NCBI RefSeq assembly: GCF_041956535.1
Contig: NW_027192216.1
Location: forward strand, 253,807-317,806
Length of the DNA stretch: 64,000 nt
Direction of reading: 5' to 3'
DNA from: Calcarisporiella thermophila CBS 279.70
Lineage: Eukaryota; Fungi; Calcarisporiellomycota
Of the stretch, positions 1 to 8,205 are shown piece by piece (the first letter of the stretch is position 1; each line of letters starts with the position of its first letter). A program made the translations under genes and the position numbers. The notes under the pieces were generated by a model, which was not told the origin of the DNA, ran no database searches, and saw nothing but the letters and a program-made list of their open reading frames with translations.

Positions 1-312
1 GCGTCCGTCAGACTCAATCCTGACCTCAGAAAGGGTAGCATCTGGTATCGTGGACAGTATTGCGGTGTGATAAGACCATATTGCAGGGCGACCCCATTCT
101 CGATTCCATGCGTTTGTAGTGTCGTCTTGTTTCTCATCGATTGGGAAGTGGGTTTCTTGTAAGAAGATGAAGTCGGGTTTAGCAATTAGCTTGATCCAGT
201 TGAATAATGTACGTCTTTTAGTGGGGTTAGCGATTCCCCTAGTGTTTAAGGATAAAAAAGTTGGCAGTATTCCAGGGTTGAATCTAGTATTAGGTCTTCG
301 CTGGACGATGGG
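1..312 (-). mobile_element. L1/Tx1-type non-LTR retrotransposon, N-terminus of ORF2 (APE endonuclease); runs off the window start
   Basis: Minus-strand translation LPTFLSLNTRGIANPTKRRTLFNWIKLIAKPDFIFLQETH...AWNREWG contains the APE motifs SLNxRG and IFLQETH. The frame opens after a stop at 313-315 with no ATG and no room for ORF1. Confidence 0.85.
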
Positions 313-347
313 TTAAATTCACCACAGCCCATAACAAAAAATAAAGG

Positions 348-420
348 GCTTCGATAGCGCAGTTGGCAGCGCGTGAGTCTCATAATCTCAAGGTCGTGAG
401 TTCGATCCTCACTCGGAGCA
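348..420 (+). tRNA. tRNA-Met(CAT), elongator type
   Basis: 73-nt cloverleaf: acceptor GCTTCGA/TCGGAGC, anticodon arm TGAGT-CTCATAA-TCTCA, T-arm GTGAG-TTCGATC-CTCAC. A T-run terminator follows at about 434. Confidence 0.95.
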
Positions 421-1359
421 ACTTCTGTAATTATTTTATTTAATCGAATAATGATATAATCAAATTCATTAGCTTGAAAATTTTTGCAAGTGCGAAAAAG
501 AGATCTTGAATGTGAATCGAGTAATAATGCTTTCGATTGAATGGGATATGAAAGTATTCTGTATATATATTATGAATTCCGATTCGGTATAAGCCGAGAA
601 GCACCATTTTAAAACACATTTTAGGAATAATTAATCATCCAGCTAACCAGTAAAATTATTAGATGAAAGATTTGACTAGTAAGACTAGTGGATATAAATA
701 TATTATTACTGCTTGAAAAGAGTTGAAGAACAAAATAATTCAGGGACAGCTCCCAATTTGTATAGCGCGATATATCAAATTGCTTTACTATTCCTAAGCT
801 TTTTTCTAGGGGTATATTATTGTTCGACTCTCTATTTTGAATCCTGTCAACATGAAATTTTATATTTTACTTAAATTTAATCTGACAGATATAATGGGAA
901 CGGTGGTTGCATATTGAAATCAAAGCTACATATGATGATCAGGCATTTACTTATCACTCTTTAAGGATATACTATACTTGCTCTAAATATAAAAATAGTC
1001 CAAATTTTGAAAAAAAAAAAAAAAAATTATAAAATACTGAGAGTTGATGGGTGGCATTAAATAGACCAAAGGAAAAATGTAACAGAGTATTTTCTGAATC
1101 AAAGTTGAGCATTACTGAGGGCTCCTAATAATACCATACAATAACTACAAAAAAGAAAAGCGTGAAGAGGAAAGGAATAAGCTGGAAGCTATTGGTATTC
1201 AAGGTGGTACAATAGATATAATAATATTAATTATCTTATAAAAAAAGTAGTGATAGAGGAATGATATAAGAAAAGTGAAGTAATGGTCTAAAATAGATTG
1301 ATAGAGTGGAATTAGGAGAGATTCACGCGGCAGAATTGTTTTGCGCTGGGACTAAGATT

Positions 1360-1598
1360 ATAGTAGAGAATTCAGCACGACAGGTACGACAAGTAAGATG
1401 CACTAAGGAGAAAGAGCAATAATATGGAAGCTAGACTCTACTATACGGGAACAGTAATATTGGAGAACCCAAACATGACAAGCACGAAACACTAATCGTG
1501 AAGAATCCAGACAGCTGTACTGGTGGGGGGAGCGGGATTTGAAATCGTGTCATCTCGATAGTACCGAGGAGTCCTTACCACTCATCTACTTCACTCCC
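1360..1598 (-). mobile_element. Degenerate tRNA-headed SINE-like element, copy 1 (head 1521-1598)
   Basis: Minus strand reads ...TAGATGAGTGG...CTCGGTACTATCGAG...TTCAAATCCCGCTCCCCCCACCA-GTAC. The body at 1360-1520 aligns by eye with 2482-2720. The tail end is uncertain. Confidence 0.6.
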
Positions 1599-1679
1599 TA
1601 AGGAAGGGATTGGAAGTTCTTTGATTTTATTTAGCTTTGGTTAAATTTAAGTTCTATGTGGTTAGAGATAGGGTAAACT

Positions 1680-2212
1680 TATCGATAAATGATCAAGAGG
1701 AAACTGGGTGAACGTCATAGATGATTCCGTGATTTTTACCCAGGACACCTCTGAAGATCAAACCCCGGTCCCAACTCCGGCCTGAGAACCGCACCCAACC
1801 TCTCACTGCTGTCTATTAATACCGTTTCCTTTATCTCTCCTTTCCCTTTTTTTCTTTTATTTTTTCTCTAATTTTTTTTAACTTTTTCCTTTTCTTCATT
1901 ATTACATGTACTTAAGCAATTTATCTTAATACCGTTGCACACAACTGTTTATCCTTCCCCCTTACATTTATTCCTTTCCCTTCCTTTATTAAATTAATTT
2001 GTTTCCCTACTTTCCTAGCTCTTTCCTCTTCACTTTTTCTCTCTTCCTCTTACACATATACCTTTTTTTTTCTTTTTCCTTTCTTTCACTTCTAACTTCC
2101 AGATCCTTCAAGATAGGCCAGGAGAATTACCTGGGTGATATCGACGTAGATGCTACCCTAACTTTTAACAGGATAGAATACATTTCAATAAGGTCCTTTG
2201 TGAAAAAAAAAA
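1680..2212 (+). mobile_element. 5'-truncated LINE 3' end (last ORF2 codons, pyrimidine-rich 3' UTR, polyA)
   Basis: Flanked by a perfect 17-bp direct repeat TAGAGATAGGGTAAACT (1663-1679 and 2213-2229) and ends in an A-run (2203-2212). The remnant frame reads IDK*SRGNWVNVIDDSVIF...PTPA*. Confidence 0.75.
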
Positions 2213-2309
2213 TAGAGATAGGGTAAACTACTACGCCAAAATAGCTCAGGCTTTGCTCCTGGCTCACCCTTGATATGTACAAGTAAGGTGGTGGGGAAGG
2301 TTGGAAGCC

Positions 2310-2790
2310 TTTTGTTTTTTTTGTCTTTTGAAGCTACGGTTCTTTATTTGAAAAGTATCCTCATGAAGTTAATCGGTGAAGATAAATCAAAGGTCGTATG
2401 CCTTCGTGCAGATTATATCCAATTGCTTGCAGAGTAGGAGAACAATAAGAAAGAATAATAGTAGAGTAATCAGATACGACAAGTAGAGAAACCAGACACG
2501 GCAGGTATGACAAGCAAGGAGCAGTAGTGAGAGACAGCAATAATGAAGAGGCTAGAACACGACAATACACAGACAATACTAGGTGAAAAGCCTGACACAA
2601 CAAGAAGGAGAGAGTGATTGTAGAGAACCAGACTGGAAAAGACAAAGGCAATACTAGCGGAGAACAGACGCGACAAACAAGACAAAGAATTAGTGGAGAA
2701 TCCAGGCACTTTTTTTGTGCTGGTGGGGGTTACGGGATTCGAACCCGCGCCATCTCGATGGCACCGAGAAGTGCTTCTCACTATCATTAT
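2310..2790 (-). mobile_element. tRNA-Gly(GCC)-like headed SINE-like element, copy 2 (head ~2721-2790, ~37-bp minisatellite body, A-rich tail ~2310-2328)
   Basis: Minus strand has D-like stem AGTG/CACT, anticodon arm TCTCG-GTGCCAT-CGAGA, T-arm GCGGG-TTCGAAT-CCCGT, then AACCCCC-A-CCA-GCAC. The 5' acceptor strand is missing. Confidence 0.65.
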
Positions 2791-2945
2791 TGAAAAGTCT
2801 CCTATACAAGTTAAATGAAAGGTTTGTACACCCTTTATTTCGCATGTAATTCTTGTTTTTCTGATATCTACCAATATCCAATTATTAAGAACGAAGTAGC
2901 TTATAGCTCGATTCCTAGAGTATGTCCCGGACACATCTCTAGTGC

Positions 2946-3016
2946 TGATGCCATCACCGGGAATCGAACCCAGCACACAATGGTTAAGCTCTGGGACTAG
3001 GGAATCTATTCTTAGT
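2946..3016 (-). pseudogene. tRNA-like pseudogene/SINE head (His-like acceptor) split by a LINE; 5' piece at 4202-4222
   Basis: T-arm CTGGG-TTCGATT-CCCGG, then TGATGGC-A-TCA-GCAC. Removing the LINE and one TSD copy restores a ~75-nt unit starting GACATCT. Confidence 0.5.
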
Positions 3017-4201
3017 TTTTTTTCTCTAAGGACGCGCGAACTTACGTCCTGTGGTTTATTTAATATATATTACAAATGTGAGGTATGCTCCCGAACAAGG
3101 TTATTGAGTAATAGAAAGTATGGAATATAATTTAAAGAGTTCCGTGCTTGGAAATGTCGGATTAGGTGTTCTTTGCTTCCTCGAAATCGAAGGCTACCCC
3201 TTGGCTGTCATCGATCCGGATTAGCGAGCTCTTTCCCCATTTTTGCTTAAACCCTTCTTCGTCTTTTTTCCTTGTGCCTGTATCCACTGTCCTTTGATTG
3301 CTATGAGAAGATCTGATAAGAAGGTACACTTGAATGCGATGTCCTCATGTTCTTGGCTGTCTATGACAATTGCGATCCTGGTCTTATGTATACTCCACAC
3401 CATGATGTCGTGTAACAACATGGAGACTTGTCGATCTTTGCACTGTGTCTCCTCGTGGAATCCGAAGAGTTTCTCGTACTTATGCATGCTTGTCCAGGGC
3501 TTATCGAGGATCTTTTGATGGAGCCTGTTGAACCACCTCCAAAGGTCTCCAATTCTCGCACATTCAAAGTATGCATGTTCTATGGTCTCAATCTCTTCTC
3601 AACGACATCTCTTGCAGTTGGGGCTGGAATGGTCGAAGTGTTGGGCAATCCTTGCTGTTATTAACTTGTGTTGAAGGAGGCGCCATCGAAGGATCTATTG
3701 CTTTGGCTCGCTTGGGCGTCTTGGCCAGCTTTTTTAGGCACTTCTCCACGCTCCTTCATCTGAGGTAATATGCTCCCATTCTCTGGTTACCGCTACTGGA
3801 TCTGGTGGTACCTGGTATAGTCTGCCGAACTTGATAGAATAAAGCTTGATGTTAACCCCGGCTATTTTCAGGTTATGGGTGGGGAATATTCTCGAGTCTG
3901 TGAAGGTCGGCATCCTATAGGAGAGCGCTTACCGAAGATTTGGAAGCAAGGTCAACTGACCTAGTCGCCACATCGTGCTGAGCATGATATAATGCTTGGA
4001 AAATCCTTCTTGGTGTTTGACATGGATAAACCTCAACACGTAGTCCAGTAGAACTGGGTCGTAGAATGGCCTATATCTATTGATATTCTGATGATATATG
4101 AAGAAGTTACCCAGGACCGAGAGCCCATGTTGTTCTCCACGAGATTGCACTGGTTTTCCTCTCTCAAGGAAGTATTTGTTCCTATTGATCGGTAGGGTCA
4201 A
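3017..4201 (-). mobile_element. 5'-truncated, decayed L1/Tx1-type LINE (ORF2 C-terminus with zf-RVT-type CCHC motif, 3' UTR, polyA)
   Basis: Translation PNCKRCR*EEIETIEHAYFECARIGDLW...VWSIHKTR...FKQKWG contains stops and frameshifts. T8 run at 3016-3023 and a 14-bp TSD AATC(T/C)ATTCTTAGT at 3003-3016 and 4202-4215. Confidence 0.85.
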
Positions 4202-4862
4202 AATCCATTCTTAGTAGATGTCGGGAGCTTGAATTTAATTGGGATAATTGATATATGACGGCCGAAATATTTGCTGCTACGGGCGAAAGGAGGTTTGTGT
4301 GGAGGGATATCTGGATCTTGGTAAAAATAAGAGATTTATCTTAATAATTCAGGGAATTGGTATTGAACATTAAAATAAACCGAAGGGTTTAAATAGAATT
4401 GTGATCAAAGGAGAATAACTCTCACTGGTGTTCAAAGACGAGATAGATAAGACAACAAAGTATCAATCAACATCAACAAGATAGCCATTAGAGAGTATAA
4501 GAGTAACCACAAGGGCGGCGAGTAACCACGAGGGGTCGGCAACGTAGCGGCAATCAATTCTATTGGCTGCACTATTTGAAAAATATCGCGCTATCTGAAT
4601 GTTTTTTTTTTTGATAAATCAATGAAAACTTTTTATTTAATTTCCATATATTACATGAAGTTAATGTCAATGGACTTAACATGACGAGATATAGGTCCTT
4701 GATAGATAGGCGTTCAATCGATATGCGTGTATCGTAGTTGTCGTGAATAGCATGTACGTGAAACCGATGTAATCTTTGTACTTATCGTAGGAGGGATGCT
4801 TTCAATAATGAAGACTCAATTTCTGATCAAGTGGACAGCAGTCACAAACTAAGAGTAAGTGC

Positions 4863-4940
4863 TGGTGGGGGAAGCGGGAGTCGAACCCACGCCGTTCTCA
4901 TCGGCATACCAGGGATAGTCCACTACACTAACCCTCCCCC
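4863..4940 (-). pseudogene. tRNA-like element with encoded CCA (SINE-head family, copy 3)
   Basis: Acceptor GGGGGAG/TTCCCCC, A-box TAGTGTAGTGG, T-arm GTGGG-TTCGACT-CCCGC, then A-CCA-GCAC. The anticodon arm is non-canonical. Confidence 0.6.
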
Positions 4941-5012
4941 TCGCGCTTTCTGAATGTCTGTGACTGCCTTTGTGACTCCTCTGTACAAAAACTAATTTTC
5001 TCGTAACATTGT

Positions 5013-5260
5013 TGTCATAACTCGAGTCACATATCAAGCTATCCCAACGATATTCAAGCTCCGACATTAATTAGGAACTAGTTATAAACCAGTATTCATT
5101 AGCTTTATTAGTTAACAGGTTATATAGTTATTATATCTTATAGTATAAAAGGAACACTCTAATGAGAACTTCCAACATACACACCTTGTTCTTGAATAAA
5201 CCTATAGTTTTACCTATGTTCCCCGAGTATCCCCTAGTTATATTGCTCTAGTCTATGACA
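5013..5260 (+). mobile_element. Solo LTR (248 bp)
   Basis: Inverted termini TGTCATA...TATGACA, 4-bp TSD TTGT (5009-5012 and 5261-5264), TATAAAA at 5144 and AATAAA at 5195. Confidence 0.8.
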
Positions 5261-5272
5261 TTGTCACAAAGA

Positions 5273-5345
5273 GCTTCGGTAGCGCAGTTGGCAGCGCGTG
5301 AGTCTCATAATCTCAAGGTCGTGAGTTCGATCCTCACCCGGAGCA
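5273..5345 (+). tRNA. tRNA-Met(CAT), elongator type
   Basis: Identical to 348-420 except for a compensatory 7:66 pair (G-C instead of A-T). A T-run terminator follows at about 5357. Confidence 0.95.
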
Positions 5346-5685
5346 TATTCTAAAAATTTTTTGGATACTTTTTAGAAAGTCATTTGGACAGCTCAAATAA
5401 AATGATTCAAATTATAACTTAAAAAATATTATAGTATTGGACCACAGTTTTAACAAAGTTTTGCAGGCACCATAACCATACACAAATTTTGTGACTATTT
5501 CAGAAAAAAATAAAATAATAATATTATTTCCCAGGAGCAATGATATCTAGATAAAAAAAAAGGATAAAAAAAATTTTTAAAAATTGAATATATTCTGTAC
5601 AAACACTCAAGTTAGGTAAAAATAAAAAATAAAAAAAATTTAAAAGTATAAACTATGAAGTTAACATCTGCAGACTCTCCTTCCT

Positions 5686-6952
5686 TCACGCTTTAGCAGG
5701 TGCAGCAGGAGTTGGTACCACCGAAACAGGGAACCTCCTTCCACGGAACATGAAGAAGCTGGCAGCTGCACCAATGAGCGTCAATGCAAGAATCGCCTAA
5801 CCAGAGGAAAACGTTGTTAAATCCTGTTATTCTCTATGTAAATTAGTTCTTGATTTTACCCCAAGCTCCGAATAAACACGCCAGTCCATACGATATACAA
5901 TCACGTGGTTTGGATTGTCGTCAAGTAAATCCCACATGGAAATCCAGAGCCCCGCATTTATGAACATGTCCATCCCAACGATAAGGCACACTGCTCCTGT
6001 GATGGAAACCGCAAAGAGAATCACATACCACTCAATAAAGGCCATCAGAAAAATGCCCAGTACAACGAATGAAACAATAAAGAAATAACGGGCAATGTCC
6101 TAGTGGATAATGAGAAACACGTGGTAAGATAGGACTGAAGAATGTACTTTGTATTAAAATGTCACCAACATTGAGGATAATGTGATTCTCGGACCAGGAC
6201 AAGATAAACATAGCCAGAGAAAAGCCACCCATACCTATCGTAAAGATGAAAACAAGTTTATATTATTAGCCAATCATTTGAACTTGAATAATGTTTGTTT
6301 ACCGCCAATAAAGAACAATGCAAGCTTAAATAAGAAGATGAAAATCATCCCGCCGATGAACGCGAATATGAAGCATATGCACATGTACACGATAATGCGG
6401 TTCGCATATCCTTGGGCAGGTTCCGCATTTGTAAGTGCAATGAAACATATGAGGCTGAACACGAGAAAACCTATGAAGAAGAGAGCACCTCGAAGCGAAT
6501 AAAACGTGCCGAAGAGTAGGAACAGACCGGTGAGAATCAAGATAGCGCCAATAAACCCACGTTCAGGAGTTATCCAAGGGCCGCTTGGAATTTCTATATA
6601 ATAAAAGCATTTGATCAACAAAAAAGTTTTACGTCCAAATTCTCAATTCATTACCCCAAATTGGTTCATTGCTTCCTGGGCGCTTTACTGTCTCGGTCGG
6701 AGTCGCAGTCGCCGTTTTTGTAACTGTGGCTGTAGGCTTTGGCTTGTTCACGCAACATTCAGTATAGCAATCAGCGTAGCAATTGTTGCAATCGCATTTT
6801 GCACATTTGTCTTTCCCCTCATTATTCCAACGTTTTTCTAGCGAATTGCTTGTTGCAGTTGGCCGAGCGCAAACTAACGGAAGCGTGAGATTAAGAATAA
6901 GAAGAAGCAGCACGAAGTATGCAAATGAGCTCGAGCGGCGCCTTTCCATCAT
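5686..6952 (-). CDS. Multi-exon membrane protein, TMEM198/TM7SF3-like (DUF4203), with signal peptide and small Cys-rich N-terminal domain
   Basis: Signal peptide, LEKR, CAKCDCNNCYADCYTECC, a Thr/Pro linker, then many TM helices (GAILILTGLFLLFG..., ITGAVCLIVGMDMF). GT-AG introns join the ORF fragments. Confidence 0.65.
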
Positions 6953-8205
6953 TTTTTATCAGATATCTCAATCTATTAAAATACGCGAAATAAAAAGGCA
7001 AAAGTGGAAAATATAACCACGCTATAAAGCAAAGCAAGAGTTAGTCAATCAGTAGTGATTTCACCTGGTAAATAAAGTATTGAGCGATCTCAGGTATATT
7101 TATTTAATTTATGATTCGCTAGTGCTGATTCTCTTGGAATAATTTAAGAATTATAATAGAAGAGATCCTTGAAGGTAACGGTTTTCTATTTTTTTTAGAA
7201 AAAAAAGAGAAAAAGAAAAAAAAAGCGATATCAAACATTCACAGTTTACGCGTTCTACTTTAAAAAATAAATCGTGCTAACCAGTCAGACGCTGTACTAC
7301 ATTGACGCGATTCCGGATTAGGAGCTTGCTTTTATTGTTTAATCTGTAATTAATCCTTCCAGAAGGAAATTTCACTAAAATAGCTAAAGTTGATATAGAT
7401 CGATAAGTTTGATAAATGAGAAGAGATAGCACGTTTTATTTTTTTTATAAAAAGATTAATAACATGCTAAAAGTATCATCGAATTGCTTTAACCTCTTAA
7501 AAATGATAGTTTCTATGATATCCTACGCGCTAGCTATTTAAGAATGGTGGGGCTAAAAATAGTATTTCCAACTTTTAATTCACTACGCCCACTCTTGCGG
7601 GCTGCAGTTTATTTGCAGCAATGCTGAGTAGTTGGCATAGGTTTATCCTTTTTCCCTGTAAATCTATAAAATGCATCATTCGGAAATTGTTGATATAGAG
7701 CTTGGTTCATATATGTGGATTCGCAAAGTTTACTGTAAATGACATAAGGTTGGTAAGTACACAATTGCACGATTGCTAGATTTTATGAATACCGAAATAT
7801 AGAGACATTTTAGGAATATTAAAAACTAAGACAAAAAGTATCAAATTTAAATACAATATCAAGAAAAAGTTATTCAAAAAGGATTAATCAAAGGGGAAAA
7901 TTAAAGGGAAATCAAACCAAAAAAATAAAAATAAATACAGGTAAAACAACAACTGCAATATAGAGGACTAAAATATGTGGTGAGAAGTGATGCGTACTCA
8001 TAAAATAAAGAGTATTCTTTTGGAAAGGGTGTGAAACAACACCCAAGTGTATTCAATCATCCATCTTCTACCACTACTACCTCCCCAAACTCTTTTCTCC
8101 AAAATTTCCTCTAACATCTCTGGAATCAGTGCATCAGTCAAAGCGCAATGTTTCGCGGTCACGTACTCATCAAAAGATTGGCTCTAATTTCAAAAATTTA
8201 TAAAT

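Noticed and set aside
2458-2710. CRISPR-like repeat-spacer array
   Set aside because: The repeats are short and degenerate, the intervals resemble each other, there are no cas genes, and the context is eukaryotic.
2701-2745. TGG-initiated primer-binding site of an LTR retrotransposon
   Set aside because: Complementarity covers nearly a whole tRNA rather than about 18 nt, and it is not preceded by an LTR ending in CA.
1540-2790. HDV-like/theta ribozyme suggested by CAC-TTCTCG-GTG and GAC-TCCTCG-GT
   Set aside because: No P1/P2 partners or P1.1 GG could be built. The tRNA D-arm/anticodon-arm reading with a B-box fits better.
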